DNA of 64,000 nucleotides from Candidatus Pacebacteria bacterium CG10_big_fil_rev_8_21_14_0_10_44_54 (GCA_002772695.1 PFDI01000001.1:33253-97252); one strand, 5' to 3'. Positions 1 to 8,871 are shown, counted from the first letter of the stretch. Notes: generated from the sequence alone by a model not told the origin. Numbers and translations are program-made.

Positions 1-594
1 TGCAGCAATGGCTCAATGCCGACTAGTTGTACTGAACAAACTCCAACGCCACAACCAACTCCCGTCATCAATTGTGGGCAATTAGTTGGAACAAGTATTA
101 CAGAAATGTGCAAAATTGGCGATGAGCTACTTGGCCCTAGAAATTATTATGCTTGTCCTACAAACAGAGAATGTTGTAGACAAAGCACTCAATGCACTCC
201 TCTCAACGAAGATCCTGCTACATCTCCAAACCCAAACGAAAATAACAATCCTGCAGACGATGTTGTTGACCCCCCATTCCAAGGTCCAACTGTTGCCACA
301 TTCAATGCCCTCAACCCGCTTATTATAGGAAACAGCGAGTATGCTGTTCATCTGTCGACCCCAGGTGGGATTGTGTCTCGCTTCCTCATTTTTGCATTCC
401 CAATCGCCGGCCTCATTCTCTTTGGCATGCTCGTCTGGGCTGGATTTGAGATTTTGGCCGGAGCAAGCAACCAAAAGTCCCTTGATGCGGGCAAGCAGCG
501 CGCGACTGCAGCTATCGTCGGTTTCCTCTTGCTCTTTGCTTCATACTGGCTTATGCAGATTGTGGAAGTAATTTTTGGAATTTCGATTCTATAA
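1..594 (+). CDS. VirB2/TrbC-like pilin with Cys-rich N-terminal domain (probably 5'-truncated by the window)
   Basis: Two hydrophobic helices flanking a basic loop (ILAGASNQKSLDAGKQRATAAIVG), as in the paralogs at 5.3-9.4 kb. The frame is open to base 1. Confidence 0.7.
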   Translation, partial: CSNGSMPTSCTEQTPTPQPTPVINCGQLVGTSITEMCKIGDELLGPRNYYACPTNRECCRQSTQCTPLNEDPATSPNPNENNNPADDVVDPPFQGPTVATFNALNPLIIGNSEYAVHLSTPGGIVSRFLIFAFPIAGLILFGMLVWAGFEILAGASNQKSLDAGKQRATAAIVGFLLLFASYWLMQIVEVIFGISIL

Positions 595-624
595 ACTTAA
601 CGGAGTTCATGAAGCTTTTATGTA

Positions 625-662
625 TTTCAATAAAATATACAATAGTGTATAGTTTAATGAAA
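625..662 (+). promoter_or_regulatory. Inverted repeat (putative AbiEi autoregulatory operator)
   Basis: tttcaataaaatataca-atag-tgtatagtttaatgaaa, 15/17 arm match, ending just before the ATG at 664. Confidence 0.65.
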
Positions 663-663
663 C

Positions 664-1206
664 ATGAATAAATATCAAACCCTATTGTCTCAGCCACATA
701 AACTATTTCATGCCTCTGATTTGGCATTGCTATGGGAAATTGATAATAAGGACACACTCAATATGACCCTAAAAAGGTATGTTGATCGTGGAATCTTAAG
801 AAGGATTCATAAAGGTTTCTATACCACCACAGATTTAGACCACTTAGACCTTATTGATTTAGGTTTTTCATACCTACATGTGTACGGCTACCTCTCTCTA
901 GAGAGCATACTAGTGAGGGAGGGTGTTATTTTCCAGGAAACACCCTATATTACTTTTGTGAGTTCCAAAAGCACCACCTTTTCTATTGGTGAAAGAGTGT
1001 ATAAGTCAAGACAGCTAAAAGATGTATGTCTACTAAACACCCTTGGCATAGAAAAAGTTGCTGGTCACTACGAGGCTAATCTAAACAGGGCAGTTGCCGA
1101 CATGCTCTACTACAATCCACAGTACCATTTTGATGCAACAAGCGCCATTAACTTTGACGCAGTCGCAACATTTCAAAAAGAAATAGGCTATGTTAAAAGC
1201 GAATAA
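664..1206 (+). CDS. AbiEi-like type IV TA antitoxin / transcriptional regulator
   Basis: N-terminal wHTH-like LKRYVDRGILRRIHKGFY and YLSLESIL motif; overlaps the downstream AbiEii. Confidence 0.75.
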   Translation: MNKYQTLLSQPHKLFHASDLALLWEIDNKDTLNMTLKRYVDRGILRRIHKGFYTTTDLDHLDLIDLGFSYLHVYGYLSLESILVREGVIFQETPYITFVSSKSTTFSIGERVYKSRQLKDVCLLNTLGIEKVAGHYEANLNRAVADMLYYNPQYHFDATSAINFDAVATFQKEIGYVKSE

Positions 1207-1927
1207 GCAACAAGCATTGCACAAATCAATCATTTTTAGAGTTTTGACTGCGATCTTGGATGATGCTTTCTTGTCTAGAGCTCTGTTTTTCAAAGGTGGA
1301 ACTTGTGCCAGTATGATCGGAATCCTAGATCGCTTTAGCGTCGACCTAGACTTTGATCTGAAAGAAAAAAGTCTGTCCACAAGAGCTGTCTTGTCTCTGG
1401 AGAGCATCTTCAAGAAACTTGATCTTACGATCAAAGATCAGAGTCACAACACGCTGCAGTATTTCTTGAAGTATGAAGCTGCAAAACAATCTCGAAATAC
1501 CTTAAAAATTGATGCAGTAAGCACACCGTTTTCGAACAATACATATCAAACAGTGCTGTTAAACGACATTAATCGCTATGCTATTTGTCAAACAAAAGGA
1601 ACTATATTTGCCAACAAGCTTGTTGCCTTAATAGACCGGCACAAACAAAACCAAACAATTGCCGCTCGAGATTTATATGACATTCATTATTATCTTGTGA
1701 ATGAGCTTGAATATAATCATCTGCTAATTACGGAACGAACAAATAAGGATCCAAAAACATACCTGATGGATGTAATCTCCTTCATTGAAAACAAAATCAC
1801 ACAAAAGATTATAGATCAGGATTTGAACTATCTATTGGAGTACAAGAAATTTACTGTTATTCGAAAAACGCTTAGACAAGAAACGATTGCTCTGCTTAGA
1901 GATAGGGTCGCCATGTTAGAGGGGTAA
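1190..1927 (+). CDS. AbiEii/AbiGii nucleotidyltransferase toxin
   Basis: FKGGT, RFSVDLDF, KLVAL and ARDLYDI motifs. Confidence 0.88.
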   Translation: MLKANKQQALHKSIIFRVLTAILDDAFLSRALFFKGGTCASMIGILDRFSVDLDFDLKEKSLSTRAVLSLESIFKKLDLTIKDQSHNTLQYFLKYEAAKQSRNTLKIDAVSTPFSNNTYQTVLLNDINRYAICQTKGTIFANKLVALIDRHKQNQTIAARDLYDIHYYLVNELEYNHLLITERTNKDPKTYLMDVISFIENKITQKIIDQDLNYLLEYKKFTVIRKTLRQETIALLRDRVAMLEG

Positions 1928-2026
1928 ACAAAATAATTTTCCATTACTTTTGGAAGTTCTGTCCTGTAAATAACTGCTAACTGCGCCATAAATACTATAG
2001 GCACACCCAGCCTTATTCAGATGACC

Positions 2027-2740
2027 TCACCCCGCCCCAAACCTACGCTTCCGTTTGGCAAAATCAGCCAATACCTCGTCTAGTTTGTCTGGAGTAAATT
2101 CTGGAAAATCAAATTTTGGAAAACAAAATTCTGCATAGTTACTCTGCCAAGACATAAAGCCCGACAGCCGCTGCTCACCGCTGGTGCGAACAATAAAATC
2201 TGGTTCTGGCATGTCGGCAGTATCTAGGTGGCTAGCTATCACTTGCTCGGTGATTTCCTCTGGCTTGAGCTTTCCTACTAGTACTTTTTTACCAATTTTT
2301 TGTATTGCCCGCTGGAGCTCATCGTGCCCACCGTAGTTCATGGCAAACGTCAAGGTCAAGCCAGTATTTTTTTTGGTTAGCGCCACCCCATCAGCGATGC
2401 GCTTTTGAATATCTTTTGGCAAACCAGCTACATTACCAATGTGCTTGATGCGATAGTTTTTCTCGTGGAGCCTGGGTACTTTTTCGTCAAACACCTTGCG
2501 AAACAAGTTCATGAGGGCAGTCACCTCACGTCTTTCTCGATCCCAATTTTCGGTACTAAAGACCCAGAAGGTAATGTAGTCTATCCCAAGCGTAGCCGCG
2601 TGATCCGCCAAGGGCTCAAAGATCTCGTCAATTGCAAACTGGTGCCCACGCAGAACGTCCCAACCGTGCGACTTGGCCCACCGCCGGTTGCCGTCACAAA
2701 TGATTGCGAGGTGGGTGGGGAGGATTTTACTGTTACTCAT
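2027..2740 (-). CDS. uppS: Undecaprenyl diphosphate synthase (cis-prenyltransferase)
   Basis: HLAIICDGNRRWA, FSTENW, RTSGEQRLSGF and C-terminal RRFG. Confidence 0.95.
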   Translation of the reverse strand: MSNSKILPTHLAIICDGNRRWAKSHGWDVLRGHQFAIDEIFEPLADHAATLGIDYITFWVFSTENWDRERREVTALMNLFRKVFDEKVPRLHEKNYRIKHIGNVAGLPKDIQKRIADGVALTKKNTGLTLTFAMNYGGHDELQRAIQKIGKKVLVGKLKPEEITEQVIASHLDTADMPEPDFIVRTSGEQRLSGFMSWQSNYAEFCFPKFDFPEFTPDKLDEVLADFAKRKRRFGAG

Positions 2741-3534
2741 GCTTCTATTCTTGTACCAAGCACTGCTTTGCCCGCCACGGCTTTTGAAAGACTGCCGTGT
2801 TCAATACCATCAATAATAAGACCAGGGATACCTCGCTGCGCCAGCCCCAGTGTCTCTCGCACTTTGTGCAACATCCCACCGGTGACATCAATTCCTCCTG
2901 ATCCCTGCAACACTTTTGCGTATGTGGCAACATTGTTCGAATTTATAAGTGGAATTGTCTCACCATTTTCATCATACACGCCATTAGTTTGGCCGCAATG
3001 AATTACTCGTTTAATCTGATATTTTTTCTGTTTTAAAGCAACCGCAATATAAGTCAAAACTGTTTCTGTCGAGAAGATAGTGCAACCTTTTTCTTCATCT
3101 AGTATTTGGTCACCATATACAACTGGTAGTAACCCAAGAGAGAGCAGCTGTTCGATGCTCTCAGTAAAAATCTTGTTGAGAACAAAGTTTTTCGCTGTCA
3201 TCATACTCAGAGGACTGACGGAAACCGCCAGCACTCCCGCTGCAATCAATTCTTGCAATACTATATCGTTTAGCTGCCGTGCGGCGTTTGCCACTTCTAC
3301 AAATCCTTGTCTCGCTTCTGGGTGAACCAGGCCCTTGTGGGTCTGGTATTTTTTTGCCGGGACGTGACCAAAGGAGCCAGCACCATGTCCAATGATCAGC
3401 TGAGTTCCCGACTGGGTAGCTTTTTTTACTTCCGCCGCAATTGTTCTCAGTGCAACTTCTTTAACCGTGAATGGTTTTGTCTTATCAGTGATGAGAGAGC
3501 CACCAAGCTTGATAAAGGTTAGTGATTTTTTCAT
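2737..3534 (-). CDS. Isopentenyl phosphate kinase (amino-acid kinase family)
   Basis: IKLGGSLITDK, HGAGSFGH (IPK signature His) and DVTGGM; ATGA overlap with uppS. Confidence 0.85.
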   Translation of the reverse strand: MKKSLTFIKLGGSLITDKTKPFTVKEVALRTIAAEVKKATQSGTQLIIGHGAGSFGHVPAKKYQTHKGLVHPEARQGFVEVANAARQLNDIVLQELIAAGVLAVSVSPLSMMTAKNFVLNKIFTESIEQLLSLGLLPVVYGDQILDEEKGCTIFSTETVLTYIAVALKQKKYQIKRVIHCGQTNGVYDENGETIPLINSNNVATYAKVLQGSGGIDVTGGMLHKVRETLGLAQRGIPGLIIDGIEHGSLSKAVAGKAVLGTRIEA

Positions 3535-4043
3535 CGCAACTCACCATTCTGGACCAGGGCATTTAGGATATAAACTAACGATGGTCTTAATTTGCTTTCA
3601 TCATTCTTGACAAAATTGCGTACTTCTCCATCTGGAACTACTATCTTTTTCTGTCCTAGTTCTTTGATCTGATCCGCAGTCAATCGAATAATACCTATTT
3701 GCACCCTATAAAGAGATGGCTCCCCGCCATTTTTTTGCAGTACCGGAACATTCATGGGTAAAAGCTGAATTTGCGAGCCCTCGATGCTGAGCGATCTTTC
3801 CTCCAACAACTTGCGAACCAAAGCTTTGCCATACGAACCATTATCAGCTTCGTCCATGCCTCCGGAGACAGCTTCAAATTTATTGCCAATTGCCAGCATT
3901 TCAGATTTATCACCCAACACCCTTTCTACTTTGCCAGCGTTCTCTTTGGCAGACGGCACTATAATTAACTCTCTTTGCGGACCAATAAACACTGCTAACA
4001 CACCTTCTCTCTCTGGAATTCTTAAACTTTCTACTGTATTCAT
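3531..4043 (-). CDS. Divergent Nudix-fold protein (start probably ATG 4043)
   Basis: Degenerate Nudix box GGMDEADNGSYGKALVRKLLEERSL; stop overlaps the IPK start. Confidence 0.5.
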   Translation of the reverse strand: MNTVESLRIPEREGVLAVFIGPQRELIIVPSAKENAGKVERVLGDKSEMLAIGNKFEAVSGGMDEADNGSYGKALVRKLLEERSLSIEGSQIQLLPMNVPVLQKNGGEPSLYRVQIGIIRLTADQIKELGQKKIVVPDGEVRNFVKNDESKLRPSLVYILNALVQNGELR

Positions 4044-4198
4044 ATGTCGTATATATCTAAGCACTCCATTCGGCGCAGCATCTCCCATAGCCCGCAGTCC
4101 CAGATTCCACCCTCTCACCCTATGTAGGCTAGCAGAGCTTTCGTGGGACAGCATATCTCATTAGTCGCAAAAGTGGGTGAAAATCACGCAAGTACTCG

Positions 4199-4537
4199 TT
4201 ACTCTCGAAAAGCAATCGCAAAGCGCAGCGTCAAGTACAGCAGTAATATTTGCCAATACACACAAAACAGCACTAGCCAATTGGCGATAAATGAAATCAA
4301 GTCACAACCAAAAAATCCAGAAGTGCTGCAAGAGAAAATATAACGAACTATAGGAACAAGTACAAAAAACCAAACAGCTTTTGCCAATACGAACACCGCT
4401 GTTGGCAACAATGCAAGCCACAAAAAAACATGCTCCCGCACCAGCGACTGCATGGTTTGATAAGGATGCAAAAGCAAGCCAACGGTAATTTTGCTACAGG
4501 CATATACAAACGAAATGGTGAAATGAAGTGCTTTCAT
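4199..4537 (-). CDS. Small membrane protein (Yip1-like N-terminus)
   Basis: LLHPYQTMQSL followed by TM helices; ATGA coupling at 4534-4537. Confidence 0.55.
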   Translation of the reverse strand: MKALHFTISFVYACSKITVGLLLHPYQTMQSLVREHVFLWLALLPTAVFVLAKAVWFFVLVPIVRYIFSCSTSGFFGCDLISFIANWLVLFCVYWQILLLYLTLRFAIAFRE

Positions 4538-4740
4538 GAACCCTCTCGCAACCAGAGCTTCAAACACTCAAGTGCCAAGGCAGTTACTCCAGAGCCAAAT
4601 AACAAAACCTGCCAAGTGTATCTCCCAATAAATGACGAGACGGCATCAAGCTGCGACGGCAAAAGTTTTTTTGCCTCAAGCTTTGCTTGTAGCGACGCCT
4701 CTTTTTCGAGTATTTGGAGAAAATCGACGGTATTTTTCAC
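4534..4740 (-). CDS. 68-aa protein with C-terminal TM helix, candidate anti-sigma factor
   Basis: Translationally coupled to the ECF sigma; one hydrophobic segment. Confidence 0.5.
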   Translation of the reverse strand: MKNTVDFLQILEKEASLQAKLEAKKLLPSQLDAVSSFIGRYTWQVLLFGSGVTALALECLKLWLREGS

Positions 4741-5279
4741 ATCATACTTTCAACCAAAACTTGCGAATACACGATACGAAATTCTTCACGAGCGCGAAAC
4801 AACTCCGACTCAATCGCCTTAACAGTCTTGCCGAACACACCGGCTATCTCTGTCACGCGCTTTTTGTCGATGTACTTAAGACGCAACAACTCTGCCGAGT
4901 GCGCCTGCATTCGAGCAAGGCAAGTAGTAACTAGCTGGGAAATCTCGGAAGTATCGTCGAGTGGCTTAGTCAAGAGTGCGTCGAGCAGTGGTACAGTATG
5001 CAGAGCTTTTTTTGCGTAGCGTTTGCGGTAGTAATCGGCTATCTCATGGCGAGCAATCGCGATCATCCATGTCCAAAGTGAAGCATCACCGCGAAACAGC
5101 GGCAGCTGCCGCAATGCATTGAGAAATGTTTCTTGAACTAGTTCCTCGCCGTCCTGCGGATCGCCCACTTTGTTTCTGACGTATCGCAACATCCTGTCGT
5201 GATACAGCGTAAACCACTGCCGCACGGCACTCGACTGACCACGCTTCAGCCTCACTATCAGCTGCTTTTCACTAGACAT
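4737..5279 (-). CDS. ECF-family RNA polymerase sigma factor
   Basis: Region 2 (EELVQETFL...WMIAIARHEIADYYRK) and region 4 (EIAGVFGKTVKAIESELFRAR); start at ATG 5279. Confidence 0.9.
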   Translation of the reverse strand: MSSEKQLIVRLKRGQSSAVRQWFTLYHDRMLRYVRNKVGDPQDGEELVQETFLNALRQLPLFRGDASLWTWMIAIARHEIADYYRKRYAKKALHTVPLLDALLTKPLDDTSEISQLVTTCLARMQAHSAELLRLKYIDKKRVTEIAGVFGKTVKAIESELFRAREEFRIVYSQVLVESMM

Positions 5280-5280
5280 G

Positions 5281-5295
5281 AGTATATCGTATACT
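5281..5295. promoter_or_regulatory. Palindromic back-to-back -10 region between the sigma gene and the pilin array
   Basis: agtata-tcg-tatact. TATACT lies 8 nt before ATG 5304 (+) and TACGAT lies 6 nt before ATG 5279 (-). Confidence 0.55.
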
Positions 5296-5303
5296 ACTTG
5301 TAT

Positions 5304-5666
5304 ATGTTTGGCTTCCTTGTACCTGTTGCCCATGCTATTACCGACTGCAAACCCGGCGAAGGTACTGAAGGTATTGATCTTGGCAATTGTCTCCGCCTTA
5401 GCAACGATAGCGCAATCAAAGACGTCTACTCCGAACCGGCTTTCTTGGTCAACCTCATCGTTCGCAATGCATTCGTCGCCGCCGGTGTTATTTTGTTTTT
5501 AATGATTTTCTTGGCAGGATTTAAGTTTGTTTCGCAGGGCAAAAAAGGCATGGAAGAAGCCAAAAACATCTCCAAGTCTGTTCTCATCGGCGCAATCTTG
5601 ATGTTTTGTGCCTACTGGATTGTACAAATTGTCCAGCTTTTGACTGGTGTTGATGTAGGGCTGTAA
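5304..5666 (+). CDS. VirB2/TrbC-like pilin 1
   Basis: Short signal-like N-terminus, Cys pair, TM-loop(GKKGMEEAKN)-TM; start probably 5304. Confidence 0.7.
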   Translation: MFGFLVPVAHAITDCKPGEGTEGIDLGNCLRLSNDSAIKDVYSEPAFLVNLIVRNAFVAAGVILFLMIFLAGFKFVSQGKKGMEEAKNISKSVLIGAILMFCAYWIVQIVQLLTGVDVGL

Positions 5667-5667
5667 T

Positions 5668-6036
5668 ATGTCACAACTCGCAGCAAACAACCTTGGTATC
5701 GGCAAAATTGCTCAACCTCCTGGTGTAGACAAATACCAAGCTGCTGCTGGCAGCGAAATTGGTATCATGCTGTTTATCTCCATGCTCGTCAAGTTTGCCA
5801 TGATCGTGGCTGGTATTTGGGCAATGCTCAATATCTTTTTGGCCGCCTACATCTATATTAATGGCAAAGGTGATCCAGGCAATCACGAAAAAGTGGCCAA
5901 AGTTGTGACAAATACTACCATGGGCTTGGTGCTTCTTATTAGCCTCTATACAATCGTAGCCATTATTGGGCTTGTGTTCTTTGGGGATGCAAATTATATT
6001 TTGCGCCCAACACTAGCGCCGGTACCAGGTTTATGA
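5668..6036 (+). CDS. VirB2/TrbC-like pilin 2
   Basis: TM-YINGKGDPGNHEKV-TM. Confidence 0.7.
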   Translation: MSQLAANNLGIGKIAQPPGVDKYQAAAGSEIGIMLFISMLVKFAMIVAGIWAMLNIFLAAYIYINGKGDPGNHEKVAKVVTNTTMGLVLLISLYTIVAIIGLVFFGDANYILRPTLAPVPGL

Positions 6037-6599
6037 TCAAAATCATAACATTTCTTACTGCGTTCAGTTTATTTCACATATTTTCTGTTTCTGTAGTGCA
6101 GGCAGGTAGTTGCACAAGTGTTGGTGAGTGTGTGGATGGTCGTATCTGCGTCAAAGACACGCAATCAAACTTAATTTATAAAGGAAGTGAGTCATGTGGA
6201 GATGGCTCTGGACAAAGAATAATTGGCGAAATCACTCCCCCAAAATCAATTCGCAATTTAAATAATCTAGCAAGAATTAGAGATGGAGAATCTGTTGGCA
6301 TTGGCCTGATCATTTTCCTCTCGCGCGCACTGCGGCTGTTTACTATTGGGGTGGGATTATTTGTTATTGCCAACGTCGTCATGGCCGCCTACACCTACAT
6401 ATCAGAGTCAGATAGCAGTGACGTCATGACCAAAGTAAAAGAAAAGTTTACCTATACCGCTGTTGGGCTTGCTATAATTGTTGGCGCGTACACGCTTGCT
6501 GCGATCATTGGCTTACTCTTTTTTGGCGACGCAACATTTATCCTCTCACCAGAATTAACATCTGCGCTCGACCTCGCCGAAACTGCAGCCACACCATAA
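6033..6599 (+). CDS. VirB2/TrbC-like pilin 3 with Cys-rich N-domain
   Basis: Signal peptide, four Cys, TM-YISESDSSDVMTKVKEK-TM; C-terminus resembles pilin 2 (IIGLxFFGDA). Confidence 0.7.
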   Translation: MIKIITFLTAFSLFHIFSVSVVQAGSCTSVGECVDGRICVKDTQSNLIYKGSESCGDGSGQRIIGEITPPKSIRNLNNLARIRDGESVGIGLIIFLSRALRLFTIGVGLFVIANVVMAAYTYISESDSSDVMTKVKEKFTYTAVGLAIIVGAYTLAAIIGLLFFGDATFILSPELTSALDLAETAATP

Positions 6600-6620
6600 A
6601 ACATGTATAATAATGTCGTC

Positions 6621-7007
6621 ATGAATACCCCACTCACCAGACTCGCGCAATTTGGCTCATTTGAACCACCAGTGGAGAATAAATTTACAACTGGTGCCAA
6701 CTCTGGCACTGGCGCCTTTACCAATCTAGAGCTGCTCATCTCTCATGCCTTTGGTGTCTTGACTGTTTTTGGTGGCTTATTTTTTATCGTCACCTTTCTG
6801 ATCGCTGGCATTAACTGGATTACCGCTGGCGGAGATACTGGCAAGATTGAGAAAGCACGCGGCAGCATGGTCCAGGGGACACTCGGTCTGGTAGTTATCG
6901 TCGCAGCCTATGCCGTGATTGGTGTTATCGGCTCTATCGTTGGCCTCAATTTGCTCAATCCTGCCGAGAGCCTGACTTCTTTGGTTACAAGAATACAAAC
7001 GCCATGA
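6621..7007 (+). CDS. VirB2/TrbC-like pilin 4
   Basis: WITAGGDTGKIEKARGSMVQG motif between two TM helices. Confidence 0.75.
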   Translation: MNTPLTRLAQFGSFEPPVENKFTTGANSGTGAFTNLELLISHAFGVLTVFGGLFFIVTFLIAGINWITAGGDTGKIEKARGSMVQGTLGLVVIVAAYAVIGVIGSIVGLNLLNPAESLTSLVTRIQTP

Positions 7008-7399
7008 AAAAAATACTAACTGCACTCGCATTTCTTGCGCTATCTACCTCAACCGTTTTGGCTGAGGTAACAAATCCAGCAGTGGGAACACTTGGTGCTG
7101 ATGCTGATGCAGCCGCAAGTGGCGCAACGTTTGCTCGCTACTTCATAATTCTCTGGCGCGCCCTCATTAGTGTTGGTGGTCTTGCGGTCGTTGTGCTCTT
7201 TTTGCAAGGTGGCATCGAGTGGGTTACCTCTGGTGGTGATTCTGGCAAGCTCGAAAAGGCACGCAATCGAATGGTACAGGGTGCGATTGGCTTGTTTGTG
7301 TTGGTAAGCTCCTTCACTCTGATAGCGTATATAAGCAAGTTGTTTTTTGGTCAAGAATTCCAAATTCTACAACTTACTTTTCCATCAGCGATTAAGTAA
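7004..7399 (+). CDS. VirB2/TrbC-like pilin 5
   Basis: Signal peptide; WVTSGGDSGKLEKARNRM motif. Confidence 0.75.
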   Translation: MKKILTALAFLALSTSTVLAEVTNPAVGTLGADADAAASGATFARYFIILWRALISVGGLAVVVLFLQGGIEWVTSGGDSGKLEKARNRMVQGAIGLFVLVSSFTLIAYISKLFFGQEFQILQLTFPSAIK

Positions 7400-7401
7400 C
7401 C

Positions 7402-7749
7402 ATGCCACCAACAGACGAAACCACCATCGACCTCTTCGAACAAGCAAAAACCCAAGAGCTTCCTGGCAGGAATGGTATTACTGATATCTCGAGTCCACAA
7501 GTTGGCTTGGGCAACCTCACTTCCAACCTTCTAAACATCGCCATGACTATTGCCGCCCTCCTGGTATTCATTTACTTGCTCTGGGGTGCGATTGGTTGGA
7601 TTACTGCTGGCGGCGACAAAGGCAAGATTGAAACAGCTCGCAATAAAATCACCACAGCCGTCATCGGTGTTGTAGTTTTAGCTTCGGTCGTGGCTATATT
7701 CAAAGTCTTACAGCTGGTTCTTGGTATTGAAGTCCTGACGTTTATCTAA
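7402..7749 (+). CDS. VirB2/TrbC-like pilin 6
   Basis: WITAGGDKGKIETARNKITTAVIG motif. Confidence 0.75.
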   Translation: MPPTDETTIDLFEQAKTQELPGRNGITDISSPQVGLGNLTSNLLNIAMTIAALLVFIYLLWGAIGWITAGGDKGKIETARNKITTAVIGVVVLASVVAIFKVLQLVLGIEVLTFI

Positions 7750-7760
7750 TAAACTGATAT

Positions 7761-7790
7761 TTGCATCTAGAAAATCAGAAGTGCTATAAT
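7761..7790 (+). promoter_or_regulatory. Sigma70-type promoter of pilin 7
   Basis: TTGCAT-18 nt-TATAAT with extended TGn; AAGGA Shine-Dalgarno before ATG 7831. Confidence 0.65.
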
Positions 7791-7830
7791 CTTCTGAACA
7801 AGACGTAGTACAGAGTACTAAAAGGAAAAC

Positions 7831-8304
7831 ATGACCAACTCATTTTCAAAAATTGCAAGTAAAGCAAGCGCTCTAGGCACTGCTGGGTATATTGCCTTAT
7901 CAAACACTCTTGGAAATGTTCTAGCCCAGAACACTGGCATAGGTACTAGCGCCTCTCGTCCAGCACCAGGGGTAGATAATGCTGGTGGCAACGTTCGTCT
8001 TGCCAAGGGTTATGCGGATAATGTTGGTAGTCTTATCACTTCTGTTCTGACGTTTGTTATGTTGATCGCTGCTCTTTTGATCCTTATGTATCTCATTTGG
8101 GGTGGTATCCAGTGGATTACTTCTGGTGGAGATAAAGGAAAGACTGAAGAAGCACGAAATAAGATTACTTCAGCCGTCATTGGTCTGATCATCCTAGCGG
8201 CAGCTTGGGCAGTCTTTTTAATTGTGCTCAAGTTCCTAGGATTTTCAAATTACAATGATCTGTTTAATAATATTCAAAGCATCAATACACCTTCTGCAGG
8301 CTAA
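7831..8304 (+). CDS. VirB2/TrbC-like pilin 7 (candidate major pilin)
   Basis: WITSGGDKGKTEEARNKITSAVIG; has its own promoter, SD and terminator. Confidence 0.78.
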   Translation: MTNSFSKIASKASALGTAGYIALSNTLGNVLAQNTGIGTSASRPAPGVDNAGGNVRLAKGYADNVGSLITSVLTFVMLIAALLILMYLIWGGIQWITSGGDKGKTEEARNKITSAVIGLIILAAAWAVFLIVLKFLGFSNYNDLFNNIQSINTPSAG

Positions 8305-8333
8305 TAATGCAGCTTTAGCTTTTTAACATTATG

Positions 8334-8358
8334 ACCCCCGCCGCTGGCGGGGGTTTTT
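8334..8358 (+). terminator. Rho-independent terminator
   Basis: acccccgcc-gct-ggcgggggt followed by a T-run. Confidence 0.85.
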
Positions 8359-8394
8359 GTACATCATATTCCCAGATGTAGTATAATACCCAAC

Positions 8395-8871
8395 ATGATC
8401 AAATGGTATCAAAGTGTCTTTCTATGTCTGGTGGTTTTTGCCTACTTTTTGGCGCCAGCAGCAATCTCTGCTAGCGGTAGCTCGCTCGGTGTTGTTCGTG
8501 ACGGCGACTCTGTCTACCTCTCTACCACCGCTGCAACGCAATCAGCTACTGCAAGTGGTACAGCATTTGGAGACGTCACACTTTTTAAGGGCTACGCTCT
8601 TACACTTGGCGGCCTCATCACCTCGTTGCTCACTTTAATTATTCTTGTATCGGCTCTTCTTGTTTTTCTCCAACTCATCACCGCCGCCTTCCAATGGCTC
8701 ACCTCGGGCGGAGATAAGGGTAAAACAGGCGAAGCCAGAAGTAAAATTGTCGCTGCGATCATTGGCCTTGTTATTGTCGCTGCTTCTTGGGCTGTCTTTA
8801 TGGTGGTACTCAAATTCCTTGGTTTTGAGTCGTACGACGACTTGTTTGCCAATATGCGATCGATTAGTTGA
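8395..8871 (+). CDS. VirB2/TrbC-like pilin 8 (close paralog of pilin 7)
   Basis: WLTSGGDKGKTGEARSKI; shares KGYA..GxLITSxLT and WAVF..VLKFLGF..Y.DLF with pilin 7. Confidence 0.75.
   Translation: MIKWYQSVFLCLVVFAYFLAPAAISASGSSLGVVRDGDSVYLSTTAATQSATASGTAFGDVTLFKGYALTLGGLITSLLTLIILVSALLVFLQLITAAFQWLTSGGDKGKTGEARSKIVAAIIGLVIVAASWAVFMVVLKFLGFESYDDLFANMRSIS

Larger units (their letters stand above)
571..1969 (+). repeat. Degenerate direct repeat of the pilin 3' end (571-594 and 1946-1969) flanking the AbiE cassette
   Basis: att ttt gga att tcg att cta taa (IFGISIL*) vs act ttt gga agt tct gtc ctg taa (TFGSSVL*); 18/24 nt, stop codon in register. Confidence 0.5.

Noticed and set aside
2405-3001. 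Long antisense or alternative-frame ORFs (e.g. 2405-3001, 29352-30059, 46362-46910, 58950-59612)
   Set aside because: They are shadows of well-supported genes on the opposite strand and have no motifs.
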